A stretch of DNA of 64,000 nucleotides from Eledone cirrhosa (lineage: Eukaryota): assembly GCA_964016885.1 (NCBI GenBank), contig OZ024743.1, positions 234,484,001 to 234,548,000 of the forward strand, written 5' to 3'. The position numbers were made by a program, and so were the translations under genes. Within the stretch, counting starts at the first letter, position 1, and each line of letters opens with the position of its first letter. Below, one piece after another: positions 40,722 through 53,570 of the stretch. The notes beneath the pieces were generated by a model. It ran no database searches. It saw only the letters and a list, made by a program, of their open reading frames with translations, and was not told the DNA's origin.

Positions 40722-41570
40722 TAGGAATAATACATTTACACACGGTTATATATGGGTATATATTTAACTTTAACATGCCTCAATCTATTATTTTATTTTT
40801 ATTTTCATTATCATTTACCTAAAATATACTGGCTCATTAATTAATATATATCTATATATATCCGTTATTTAAATATTTCTAACAATAAGTACTTCAAAAG
40901 CTTTACATACCTAATACGTTGACAATGAAGCTTAGAAATGTTAACACACTTATAAAATTTACAAAACTAATATATAAATAACCATCAATTTAAAAAAAAA
41001 CAAACCTAAAATCTTTATTCTTCACCCTAAGATAACATAAATTAAATATTTTCAAACTTAACCGTTTAACTTTCGGAAAAAAATCTCCTTCTGCATACAT
41101 AACCCCCCCCCCTCATCTTTCCCTCTCTCTCACTGACTGTTATAATTCATGAAATGCTTTCCTAGATAAATTGTAGTATCATACATATTAAAATATCGAT
41201 AACTGGTCCATTAAGCAACGTTTTTCTTACTCACACATTCTCTATTGAATTTATTACGTTTTCGCATTTTCTCATTATTAGGGTATAAATGTTAAATTTT
41301 CTCTTAGGTTAATCACTACCTTGATTAAATCTTAACCATTTAACATCTCAGGGTATGTCATGTATCATTATATTTTGTCTGATGAGGACGTACTGTTGTA
41401 CATCCGAAATATGTATAATAAAATGTAATTGATCAAAAGAACATCTATTTTATTAATATTTATATTCTAATATTAATAACTCCGGAAAATTATTTTTCGT
41501 AGAGTGCTTCCAATCTACTGTAAACCTCATTCTTTGATATACTCATTAAATTTTGTTTAACTCTTCAATA
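40722..41570 (+). repeat. Inverted copy of the Naiad B tail, extending ~100 bp past the 3' end of the direct copy
   Basis: Reverse complement of ~38687-39540 with some indels. Confidence 0.88.
41372..41424 (+). ncRNA. Type-I hammerhead (Naiad B inverted copy)
   Basis: ATTTTGT-CTGATGA-GGACGTAC-TGTT-GTACATCC-GAAA-TATGTA-TA-ATAAAAT. Confidence 0.85.
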
Positions 41571-41689
41571 TATATATATATATAAGTATTAGGTATAGGA
41601 TTATCCAAGATGCAGTGATGGTTAATTACTACACTGGATATGGTTGACGTACGGTAAGAGGTTACTCTACGAGTTATGGAAGAATTGTT

Positions 41690-43145
41690 CACCACCAAAT
41701 AAATCACGTTGTAGAAAGTATATCTGGTATAATCCTATTTTTAATGCCTCGATTAGTACAAAACTATCTCTTTCATTCTTTAAATTAATCAATAAACACT
41801 TCCCTAGTTCCCATAAGTACAGCAAAATTCTGAACTCCAAAACTATTAGACTATCATACTCCACGGCACCAAACCTTGAAGCATACATAAAAAAACTTAA
41901 CTTAAGGCAATTAAACAACTCTACAAAACAAAACATTTTAGTAACAGGTGGGCAGAACGCAATATCTGCCTCCCAACCACTAAATGGGAGACGGATATTG
42001 CACAACCCACCTGTACCGCTATCACAACCTATCCATGGTATACCCGCTACCCACAACAAAGCATGTAACTGCCATCTACCTGAAAGATGTCCATTGCAGA
42101 ATGAATGCCTAAAGTCCAACATTGTTTACCAATGCACGGTTGAATCGGACGACCAGAAATGGTATTATATCGGATCTACCACCACATCGTTTAAATCTCG
42201 CTGGTACCGTCATCGATTCTCAATCAAACATCAGAATCACCGTTTTGTGACCACGCTCGCCAACAAGACCTGGCAACTCCGTGAACACAACCAACAGTTC
42301 ACCTTAAAATGGGATATACTTTCCAGCGCAAATGCATATCGGAGTGGTTTGAAGTACTGCAGGTTATGTAACCTTGAGCTATTTTACATACTAAAATCCA
42401 AAAACAAACTACTTAACGATAGAATTGAACGATCATTATACTGCAACCACAAACTAAAAGCTAAATTCTCTCACTATAAAATAACTTAACATTCGAACCC
42501 GTAACTACAACACCACTTTCTAGCTAACAACCTTCTCTTCTCCCCCACACTACAAGACAATACACTGCTTATCACTATACATGGTAACTCAGTACAATTC
42601 CTAGATTACTACTACAAAACCAAAAGTTCACTCACCACATATACTTTATCTGTCCCCTCTCTACCTATATATCTCTCTCTACATCCATTACACTCTCTCT
42701 CTCTCACCTTTGACCTACCTCCCTCTCAACATCTATGAACTTGACCTCTGGGGCAATAAATAATTCCGACCTCAACTATCTACGCATCTCTCCAAAAGTA
42801 ACTAATAAAACCCCTACCATAACATTTTGATTAAGATATCTACAAGCCACTCTCTCCTACTTCTCCAACCCCTGCATATCTTTCCTTCTCTCTCCATCTT
42901 CCCTACTTTTCTCTCTTCCTGTTCCACTCTATCTTCCCCAACAACCCCACTTAAGGGTTTTTACATTGTATATTTACCATTCTGCTCTGAGGAAACAGTG
43001 GTCACAGCATTGGATATTCGAGTTCTGCAAATACTTGTGAATTTGCACGTAGCGGAACTAGGCTGCAGTACCACCGTGGAAACACTTGTAAGCACACGGA
43101 ATAAACTACCTTTTTATGATGTCTACCTGTTATTATTCATTCTTT
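41690..43145 (+). mobile_element. Naiad-type PLE C, 5' truncated (RT thumb + GIY-YIG, open to 42489)
   Basis: IWYNPIF, LSYSTAPNL, CNCHLPERCPLQNEC, IVYQC, YIGSTTTSFKSRWYRH, CRLCNLE, LLNDR...CNH. Ends at (TA)n; 41585-41690 is probably an inverted terminal piece. Confidence 0.88.
42983..43094 (+). ncRNA. Type-I hammerhead with extended stem II (Naiad C)
   Basis: TGCT-CTGAGGA-AACAGTGGT...ACCACCGTG-GAAA-CACTTG-TA-AGCA. Confidence 0.72.
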
Positions 43146-43389
43146 ATATATATATAAGTATGTATACATATATGTATACAGACGTACAGTAGTATGTATA
43201 TATATATACATACATGTACACATATATATATATATGTACGTATGGATTTACCGAAAATTTATTATAATGCTCGGTGTATTTGTAAACAAACATCCCGAAT
43301 TAAGCCGTACAGTGTCTAGCAACCATCGTTGCTCATTTGTTCAACACTGACAAAGGAACGCTGTACTAGTTTCAAGCTTATTAGCTATC

Positions 43390-43433
<44 letters not shown>

Positions 43434-43542
43434 CAGCAAACATATATATACGTGCACCGAGACATATTCTTCAAAATGTATACATACGCACATATATATA
43501 TATATGTGTGTGTGTGTATGTGTATGCGTGAAATCCTCTATT

Positions 43543-43597
<55 letters not shown>

Positions 43598-44299
43598 GTG
43601 TATATACACGTACATGTGTATATACACGTACATAAAGTGAGAAATAGAAAGATGATAGGGATAAAGAGAAGAGTGGATGGGCGAGATATCAATTGTAGAA
43701 ATGATTAGATAGGGCGGGACAAGAGAATGTAACAATAATTAAAAAACGTAAACAAGCATAAAACCGACCAAGAAACAAACAAAGACAGAAATAAAGAAAT
43801 ATGGTGTTAAGGAGTGTGGATATTAAGGATGAAGGTGGTGGATACTGAAAATAAGGTTATGAAATCGAATTAGTAAATTGAGAGTCACAGATTGGACTAC
43901 ATCAGTGAGAATATTCGAAACGCGTGCTGCAGAACAGCAAACATAAACGAAGACTAAAGTTATAACTGATAGTTGAGGCTAAGTGCTTTCAGGCCCATGT
44001 TGTACATGTAGAAACTTGGGTTCGTACCCTGATCACAATGATGTCTCGAGCCCAGGCGTTAGACTTTCCCAAAGTCTTCCTATTTTGGCAAGTAGTTTTC
44101 AACGATAATCTTTGGTAAATCCTTCCTCTACGCCACCCACTACAAAACATGTTTGTACGAGTCTCCCAATTTCTAGATTTTATGAAATTAATCTTTTCGT
44201 TACCTTATTTCAACTGAAAGATATTGCCCATGATATCAACTTGAAGAAAATCAATTGAGAAGGATCTAATAATATCACAAGTATACTCGATGTAGTTGT

Positions 44300-46010
44300 T
44301 TGAAGAATTTTAAAACATTGTGTGGACAGTTTAATTTACTAAGAATGATCCCTAAGGCTTCTCTGTTGACTGTATCATAAGCCTTAATCAATTCGATAAA
44401 AAGTTGATACAAAAACATGTGCTGTTCTGTGCACTCTTGCTGTAGCTGTCTAGTAGTTGTCTAGTAGCTGTCTAGCCGAGAAGATCATATCCACTCTTCC
44501 CCTTTTTGCTCTGAACCCAGATTGAGTTTCTGAAAGAATCAATGGACATATATTTTCTGAAAAGTAATTCAGGATCAACCTAGTTAATTCCTATCCAACA
44601 AATTCTAGTATTGTAACCACACAGAAGTTGTTGCAATTGGAATTTCTCCTTTACCTTTGTAGATGGTGTTCAAGATTTCATCAACCCAGTTTTGTGGTAT
44701 TGGTGCTCCTTCCCATCATTTCATGAGAAGTGCATAGATAGCCTGTGCAGTTGCCTTTCTGATTTCTTCAACAGTCGATGGATTGTCAATTGATAATGTT
44801 ATATCATGCTGAGGTTGACCATCTATAACATCAAAGTTGACAATAGAAGGACCGTAAAAAAGGTAAGAGAAATATTCTTTCCATCTCTTCATAATGTTCT
44901 CTAGGTCGTTATAGAGGACTACACTATTCTTCGATTCCACAGGGGCAAGAGAAGATGATTAAGGACCAAATGATTGCCGTAATAAGGCATAAAAAGTGTT
45001 ACTATCCTCACTTTTAAAGGCAGCTTGCACCTCTTGAGATACCTTTGCACACTAATCGGTTTTCATCTTTTCGAGTTCACGTTGTAATGTGACTTTGAAT
45101 TCTTTATATATCTTCTCAGTAGCAGGTAGGATCGATGGATTCTCGCCCAAGATCTTTTCATAGAGTGCCTGTTTTCTTTTCAGTAACTGACTAACAATAA
45201 AAACATTATTATCAAACCAGTCTTTATATTTTTTCAAACTATAACCAAGTACATTTGCTCCTGTGGAATAAACTTAGTCTTTTTAAATGCTGCCATGTTG
45301 CATCCAGTTCTAGGCTATTAAGCCTTTTGTATAAGGTTTGACAAATACCAGCTGTGCCAGATCACTAACATTTATACAATTCGGCATCTCGACCCCATTC
45401 ATACGGAACTTCTTACGGATATGAAATTTAAACTTTCCTCGCACCAGCTTGTGATCCATGTCACATTCCACACTACGCATCACACGTACAGTACACACAT
45501 CAGTAAGGTCACGGTTACGGATGAAGATAAAATCAATTATGTGCTCATGTTTTGATCTCGGATTAGTAATTTTCTGTTAAAGTTTGTGTCTGAAGAAAGT
45601 GTTGGAAATCGTCAAATTGATTTCTGAGCAAAGTTCAAGTAGCTTCAGATCATTTTCATTCACTTTACCAACGCTATGCCAGAACATTCCAAGTTTCACA
45701 GTCCCTGCCAACGTATGCATTGAAGTCACCATGAATAATTAGCTTATCATCATTCGGTGTGGAAGTAATGGTGGTATGAAGACTTTCATAGAAAGACATA
45801 ACAGATTTTCTTTTTTACTTGGAGAGCCAACTGAAAAGATTGTCGCAAAATGTCCACACAAGAATGGAACACGTAGCTTAATTATGCGATCAGTAACTCT
45901 AGACGGGCACAGTAAATGTTTTGTCAATGATGTTTTCATAGCACAACTAGCCCCACCTTCTCAATGATGGTCTTTCGGCTTACCAACCCAGAAAAGTCTA
46001 TATCCTTGAT
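44300..46010 (-). pseudogene. Heavily decayed RTE-like LINE (APE and RT N-terminus)
   Basis: Fragments WVGKP, DRIIKLRVP, GDFNAYVG, ECDMDHKLVR, DWFDNN, RWKEYF, KAYDTVNRE in several frames. Confidence 0.7.
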
Positions 46011-46467
46011 TTACGAACGTTTCAATCACTACAATAGGAAAATATATTTCTACTGTATTGATTTCTTCAGAATCTATTAAACAACATAAATAACTTAATG
46101 ATTATAATTACCAGCCACATGTCCAAACATCTCAATTCCGAAAACGCACACACACACACACATACTCACACATATATTCTTTATATATATAAAGAATGGT
46201 GTTCTCATGTGCTGAGATGCTAATAAATATTTAATGAACATAGAATGAAGAGCCTTAAATAAGCAGGTTTAACAAACTGTATGAAAAGAGGATTTAAAGT
46301 TCAATGTTTTTGCACAATCAGCAATTAAAATAAGCATATACATCCGAGGTGTAATCCATAGGATTAGTGGTCTAATATAATATTGAACCAAGGATAAATG
46401 TGGATATATTTTGTTAGGGAGTGACGATTCCATTGTTCAGGAACAGTTAATTATTCACAAGGATATT

Positions 46468-47110
46468 ATCATCATCATTGCAAACATAGTCGAACATCCC
46501 TCACAAGGTCTTTCCACAATTCACGATTTTCCATTGGTCTGAGCAACTGCTTCTTACTGAGCTTTGTATCGTCTGAGAGTTGATCGATGAAGGCTCGAGC
46601 AGGTTTTCTTCTATTGCGTTTCCCATGAGTTAGTTCTCACAATAGTAACTTGTGTGTAACTTCCTGTTTACTTCTCCAGCAATGTCCTGCAAATTGTACC
46701 TGTCGTTGAGCAATTGTAGTTATTATTTTGGACAAATTCCCGTATGAACTTTCATTCGTAATACGTTGACACCAGTTTATGTTTAGTACAACCCTAAACA
46801 TTTTAGTGTATATCCCATCGAGTTTCTTCTCGAGTGCTTGTGTCAGGATTCATGTATTTCATCCACACAACAACACTGTCTCAACAGATGTTCTGAAGAA
46901 AGATATTCTGATTTTTCTGGGTAGATTTGACTTCCATACCTTTTCCATTTTGTTCATTGTATCCCAGACTTTGGTAATTCTAATGTCAATGTTCTTTTTT
47001 GATTAACACATCCTGCTTCCCAAATATAGAAAACCATCAACTCGATTTAGTATTCCTTCATACAGTGTGACAAGATTTGCATCTTTTTGCATATATATTT
47101 TTAAGTGGTG
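46468..47110 (-). pseudogene. Decayed RTE-like LINE 3' end
   Basis: FLYLGS and RQVQFAGHCWRS; (TGA)n-like tail near 46470. Confidence 0.6.
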
Positions 47111-47385
47111 GGGGTAATGAATAAACCAGGATGTATACATGCTGCGAAATCTGAAGAATTCACACGGCGAAGTGGGCTCTGATTGCCACGTCACTTTTGT
47201 TAAACCATCTCAAACAAAAAATCTGCCTGCCCTCACTCTCACACACACAATTACATGTATTTTACATGAACATTCTGTAGCATCAAACATTGACGACGTT
47301 ACGATTCAAAGCAATTGTATTGAAGTGATAAATGTTTACAATGTAAATGAAGTGTTGTTATTTTTTTATGTCTTTGTCCTTGTTT

Positions 47386-47519
47386 CAATATCTAATAAAT
47401 TCCATAATAACACAATATCTAATAAATTCCATAATAACACAATATCTAATAAATTCCATAATAACACAATATCTAATAAATTCCATAATAACACAATATC
47501 TAATAAATTCCATAATAAC
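47386..47519. repeat. 27-bp minisatellite x5 (CAATATCTAATAAATTCCATAATAACA)
   Basis: Perfect tandem copies abutting a truncated SINE. Confidence 0.95.
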
Positions 47520-47578
47520 GTAACTATGCTGCAGAGCATAGCGTCCGACCCTCTACCGATATCGCCAATCCACCGCCC
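47519..47578 (-). mobile_element. MetaSINE-like 5' fragment
   Basis: Reverse complement of GGCGGTGGATTGGCGATATCGGTAGAGGGTCGGACG. Confidence 0.8.
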
Positions 47579-48193
47579 TTGTAATATTAGTAATGAGTAT
47601 GGATGAGGTGTCAAATTTTCAGTAAGTTTATTCAGTCATTAAGCTAAAAAAGTCTGATGAGTTTTGTTAAACTTTTATCGGTAATTAATTAAACTAACAC
47701 AATTAACCAATTAAACTAACACAATAATTAATTGGTTTAACTTGAATATTAATTAGACTAACTTGAATAATTATTTAGCCTACCTTAATAATTTATTAGA
47801 CAAACATTAATTAGCAGAATTGATAGGTCATATCAATTGAACTAATTTTTTTGAAAATATATATATACTTTTGTTGGTATTAGCCATTAGACTGCTGTCA
47901 TGCTGGGTCACCACATCGATTCAGTCAAACCCAAGCACTTAATTTTTTTTGCCTGCTACACATCCACACTCTTTGGCAATACACATCAACACATACAGGC
48001 ACACACACACACAACAACCATTCACCACCACACCACCACCACCACCACCACTACCACCACAAACAAAATACGACTTTATAGTCTTCTTCTTCTTCTTCTT
48101 CTTCTTCTTCTTCCAAACGAGAAAGAATGTTTCCGTTGATCTTTCCAATTGCTAATACTCTCTATCGCAAGTCCAGGCAGAAATATCTATATA

Positions 48194-48250
<57 letters not shown>

Positions 48251-48280
48251 AGAACAAAAGATGGTTAAAAGAGTTCCATG

Positions 48281-48351
48281 TATTTTATTATGCGCATTTC
48301 AAAAACAAATATCATCATGCAATAATATTTGTGTTTTCATCAGATAAAACA
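48281..48351 (-). ncRNA. Type-I hammerhead (Naiad D direct copy)
   Basis: Reverse complement of 52725-52795. Confidence 0.85.
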
Positions 48352-50894
48352 GGAAGACATGATATGAAGGTTAAAAAACACTTGTGGATAGTGCAGTTTT
48401 AAATCAACATATGAGAAGTAATTTTAGATTGATGTGTGATATTGGGAAAAATATTTTATTTTTAGGGGGGGGGTGAAAAAGAGGAGGAGATAAGAATAAA
48501 AAGTGGAGAGGAAGGAGTATAATGAGGAAGGATGAAATAGGAGGAGAGATGGGTGATAGAGAGAGAGAGATAGCTTTTATAACTGAGAAAGATATATTGT
48601 TTTACATAGAGAGGTTGAAAACCGTTGGAAGATAATGTATAAATTAAAAGAATTTGAAAATTAACGAAGAGAAAAATAATGTAAAGTTAAGGTTTGTATA
48701 TTGAGGGGTTTAATAATATGTGCGATGAAAAGAAAAAAGTTAATATGTATTAAGAATAATATTTAAGGGTTTAATAACATGTGCGATGGAAAGAAAAAGT
48801 TAATATGTATTAAGAATGATATTTAAGGGTTTAATAATATGTGCGATGGAAAGAAAATGTTGATATGTATTATTAAAAAGAACAACAGGTAATTTAAGTA
48901 AGGATATATTGTGAGATGAGCATGAATGAGTTAGATGAAAGGGAGAAAAGAATAATGAATTGAGGATGAATAATCTAACGTCAAAAAAATGTTTATGTTT
49001 ACGAAGGATTTTTACAAGGTGATATAGAGTAAGAATGTATTGTATTATGTAATAATTGATTCTATGTTAGGCAACAGTGAAAAAGGGTACAGATTAGGGG
49101 TTAGACATTAAAAGAAAAAGAGAAGAAAGGGAAGTGATAAATAGGAGCGATATAGAATGAGTAACAAGTATTATAGAATGAGTAACAAGTATTATAGAAT
49201 GTATAATAAAACCTTTGAAATAAGGTAGAAAGATGGGTATATTTTTAAAGAAGTGTATATATATATATGTGCCTTTGAGAAAAAGATTCTAAATTGATAA
49301 AGATTTGGATATTAGCTGTATACTTTGTGGAATGTTTTGTGGAATTTATGCAAGCAGATAGAAAACAAGTCAGTGCGTCTATTTATTATAGAATCTAAAT
49401 TAGATATAATGGTAATTTTTTCATTTAGACAGAGATTGCAAATCTTGGATAGAGAACTGTTCAAGTATGGAGACGCAGAAGAAACCTTCTTCCAAAAGAT
49501 GCTATATTTAATATTTTTGTCTTTCAAGGACCATATGAGTTCTGAGAGAGCCGTGTTGGTTCTTTTAAGTTTGTATTTAAAAGACGAATAATGGTTATAA
49601 AGACGAGCTTTAAAAGAGGTGGAAGTTGAGCCAAAATAGGTGAAGGAATTGGTGTCAGTTATAACTTTACATTCGTAAATTAAGTTTTTATCAAGACAAT
49701 GGTTGTTGAGAGGACATTTATTTTTAACAGGGCAATTGCAATTGCGATTAGAGAGATTATTAACGAGTGACCTAGTGTTATCTATAGAAGGAATTGGATT
49801 GGAGAAGTTATTTGCGATAGGAATAATAGTTTCTTGATTTAGAATGGGATTAAGAACATTTAGCGAAGTTGTGTTTGACGTTGTATTTGGGTTTGCAGAA
49901 ATTAGCCTAGGGTTTACAATGACGTCGGGAGTACTATTACTATTATTATGATATTCAGTGTTGGAAGGAAGAGATTTAGTATTTAGTATTTTATTGTTGT
50001 GTTTAGAGATAATGTTGGAAATGTTGGAGGATGTAGAATAGGAAAATTTTATGGTGTGTTTGTTAAATATTTTACTATAGATATGTGAGGGAGGGAAGCA
50101 TTTATTTAAGGCACTAAAGAATAATTTAGGAATATTATTATTAATAGAGATGGAGAAAGGAGCATTATACCAGATTATGTTTTTGTATCTAGGTCTTTTA
50201 TTAAAGTTATTGGAATGATCATGATTAATTATTCTACTGTAAGTTCTTCTAGAATTTGTTTCTTTACTATATTTGATTTTATCAGGATAGCCGGCTTTAG
50301 AAAGCGTGTTATTATAGTAATTGGCGTTAGCATCAAAGATGTTTTTATTAGAAGATAGGTTAGATATTCTTTTTCCAATATTACTAACTATAGCATTCTT
50401 GATATTAGTAGGATGGTTAGATTTAAAGTTAACATAATTTAGGTTCTCATTGTTTTTATGGTAAGGGTAATATAGGCCAGTGTCAAAATTAAGAGATACA
50501 TCCAAGAAATTAGCTAGTTTGATGCTGTTATCAAATTCAATTTTTAGGTTATGTTGGTTAAAGAGATTACGTATATTGTTCTTAATAATATTAAGGTTAA
50601 CTATGTTGCAATTTAAGATAGTAAAGAGTCCATCGTCACGATAAATTCCACCGCGAAGTTGAGGAATTTTCCGACTCAAAGAGTTCAAAATAAAGATACC
50701 AATTAAATCTGTCAATTGGGATGAATCGGATGCTCCCATTGTGATGTCGAAGTTGTTAGAGGTATCGGCTCTGGTCCAATATTCGTTGTTGAACTCTAGG
50801 ATGGTTTTACGTGCGGTGAGAATGATGTGAAGTTCATCTGTGGTGATGTCAGAATATTTAAGTGCGAAAGATAGAGCATTATTGAGAAGTGAAG

Positions 50895-51084
50895 GGCGGT
50901 GGATTGGCAGTATCGGTAGAGGGTCGGACGCCTTGCTTTCCAGCATAGTTACGTCCCTTTACGATCTGAGTTCAAATCCCGCCGAGGTTGACTTTGCCTT
51001 TCATCCTTACGGGGTCGATAAAATAAAGTACCAGTAATGCACTGGGTAATTGCTGGCCTTGTGCCTAAAGTAGAAACAATTATT
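50895..51084 (+). mobile_element. MetaSINE-like copy inserted in the Naiad D RT, 18-bp TSD
   Basis: TSD ATTATTGAGAAGTGAAGG at 50878-50895 and 51079-51096; removing the insert restores SISPSLLNNALSF. Confidence 0.95.
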
Positions 51085-51351
51085 GAGAAGTGAAGGCGAA
51101 ATAGAAGAATAGTAGCTGGCAATATCAAATTGAACACATTTCAGTTTGTTTTTATTATTCAATTTGTTGAACCAACTAATCACTTCAGAAGTACCAAACC
51201 ATAAATTTAGGTTCAAAGAAGAGCAATTAGAACGAACCTGTGAGATAATTCTATCCAAGATGGCTTTACTAACAACCCCCAGATCTGATTTAGAGGGGGC
51301 GATTAATCTAACAGGTAGTTCAGTGCGAAATTAATCTAACAGGTAGTTCAG

Positions 51352-52918
51352 TGCAATTGCCCTGTTAAAAATAAATGTCCTCTCAACAACCATTGTCTTG
51401 ATAAAAACTTAATTCACGAATGTAAAGTTATAACTGACACCAATTCCTTCACCTATTTTGGCTCCACTTCCACCTCTTTTAAAGCTCGTCTTTATAACCA
51501 TCATTCGTCTTTTAAATACAAACTTAAAAGAACCAACACGGCTCTCTCAGAACTCATATGGTCCTTGAAAGACAAAAATATTAAATATAGCATCTTTTGG
51601 AAGAAGGTTTCTTCTGCGTCTCCATACTTGAACAGTTCTCTATCCAAGATTTGCAATCTCTGTCTAAATGAAAAAATTACCATTATATCTAATTTAGATT
51701 CTATAATAAATAGACGCACTGACTTGTTTTCTATCTGCTTGCATAAATTCCACAAAACATTCCACAAAGTATACAGCTAATATCCAAATTTTTATCAATT
51801 TAGAATCTTTTTCTCAAAGGCACATATATATATATACACTTCTTTAAAAATATACCCATCTTTCTACCTTATTTCAAAGGTTTTATTATACATTCTATAA
51901 TACTTGTTACTCATTCTATAATACTTGTTACTCATTCTATATCGCTCCTATTTATCACTTCCCTTTCTTCTCTTTTTCTTTTAATGTCTAACCCCTAATC
52001 TGTACCTTTTTTTCACTGTTGTCTAACATAGAATCAATTATTACATAATACAATACATTCTTACTCTATATCACCTTGTAAAAATCCTTCGTAAACATAA
52101 ACATTTTTTTGATGTTAGATTATTCATCCTCAATTCATTATTCTTTTCTCCCTTTCATCTAACTCATTCATGCTCATCTCACAATATATCCTTACTTAAA
52201 TTACCTGTTGTTCTTTTTAATAATACATATCAACATTTTCTTTCCATCGCACATATTATTAAACCCTTAAATATCATTCCTAATACATATTAACTTTTTC
52301 CTTCCATCGCACATGTTATTAAACCCTTAAATATTATTCTTAATACATATTAACATTTTCTTTTCATCGCACATATTATTAAACCTCTCAATATACAAAC
52401 CTTAACTTTACATTATTTTTCTCTTCGTTAATTTTCAAATTCTTTTAATTTATACATTATCTTCCAACGGTTTTCAACCTCTCTATGTAAAACAATATAT
52501 CTTTCTCAGTTATAAAAGCTATCTCTCTCTCTCATCCTTCCTCATTATACTCCTCCCTCTCCACTTTTTACTCTTATCTCCTCCTCTTTTTCATCCTTTC
52601 CACCACCCCCCTCAAAATAAAATATTTTTCCCAATATCACACATCAATCTAAAATTACTTCTCATATGTTGATTTAAAACTGCACTATCCACAAGTGTTT
52701 TTTAACCTTCATATCATGTCTCCCTGTTTTATCTGATGAAAACACAAATATTATTGCATGATGATATTTGTTTTTGAAATGCGCATAATAAAATACATGG
52801 AACTCTTTTAACCATCTTTTGTTCTTATATATTATGTATACTCCAGTTCTACAAACTGTAGAGTGCTTCTTATCCGATATCTGCATTGCTTTATTGTACT
52901 ACAATAAAACTCACCTCC

Positions 52919-52920
<2 letters not shown>
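51352..52920 (+). repeat. Inverted copy (~1.5 kb) of the Naiad D 3' part, extending ~90 bp past the direct copy's end
   Basis: Reverse complement of ~48243-49740 with scattered substitutions and small indels. Confidence 0.95.
52725..52795 (+). ncRNA. Type-I hammerhead (Naiad D inverted copy)
   Basis: TGTTTTAT-CTGATGA-AAACACAAATAT...ATATTTGTTTTT-GAAA-TGCGCA-TA-ATAAAATA. Confidence 0.85.
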
Positions 52921-53010
<90 letters not shown>

Positions 53011-53012
<2 letters not shown>

Positions 53013-53433
53013 ATAACAATAAATCGTTAAAGGTAATCCGATAAGAGTCTGTGAAAACTACTTATCATGGACAGTTTAAGCGTACGGTGCTATGTGACTC
53101 AACAAGAGGTTTACGTGGGTGACGAGTTTGACTTCACTTGTATTCCTATGTAAATATATCTTGGAGTAATAAAAAAAGTGAAGAATAACATGGTCAACAG
53201 TACAGACAAGGAGATTTATTTACAGTCTAACAATTGTTTCCATGATAGAGTTGTCTATAAATTGCTAAACACTGAAGACAGCATAATTCAATTTAAAATA
53301 CATATAACTTCAATCATTTCATCAGAAACTATTAAGAAATACAAAATATCATGGAAACTCTATCATGGAAACAATTGTTAGACTGTAAATAAATCTCCTT
53401 ATCTGTACTGTTGACCATGTTATTCTTCACTTG

Positions 53434-53493
<60 letters not shown>

Positions 53494-53511
53494 ACCATGT
53501 TATTCTTCACT

Positions 53512-53513
<2 letters not shown>
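53011..53513. mobile_element. PLE family F terminal fragments: minus copy with full hammerhead (53224-53330), short plus copy ~53356-53432, re-duplicated end 53491-53513
   Basis: Minus strand AGTTT-CTGATGA-AATGAT...ATCATG-GAAA-CAATTG-TT-AGACT; ~77-bp inverted arms; (TA)n flanks. Confidence 0.75.

Positions 53514-53570
<57 letters not shown>

Larger units (their letters stand above)
48243..51330 (-). mobile_element. Naiad-type PLE D, 5' truncated; RT+GIY-YIG frame 49312-51330 is intact once the SINE is removed
   Basis: RLIAPSKSDLG, QFDIASYYSSI, FDITMGASDSSQLTDLIG, GIYRDDG, NFLDVSL, WYNAPFS, CNCPVKNKCPLNNHC, YFGST, CNLCLNEK. 60-bp tandem repeats in the tail; ends at (TA)n. Confidence 0.93.

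Noticed and set aside
41476-41510. Bulged hairpin as a twister ribozyme (TAACTCC start)
   Set aside because: Lacks the GUCCYAAGC loop and pseudoknots; TAAC is not shared by D or F.
47386-47519. 27-bp repeats as a CRISPR array
   Set aside because: No spacers, eukaryotic context, no cas genes.
50896-50946. Start of the 544-aa ORF (MLESKASDP...)
   Set aside because: Antisense SINE sequence fused in frame by the insertion; not the native start.
34106-51330. Selenocysteine-encoding Naiads
   Set aside because: The conserved Cys positions (CNC, CP, CxxC) are TGT/TGC in all four copies; no in-frame TGA at these sites.
51352-52830. Differences between the D arms look mostly C/T on the sense strand (ADAR-like signature)
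   Set aside because: Counted only by eye, changes go in both directions, the strand is G-poor, and the B arms do not show it.
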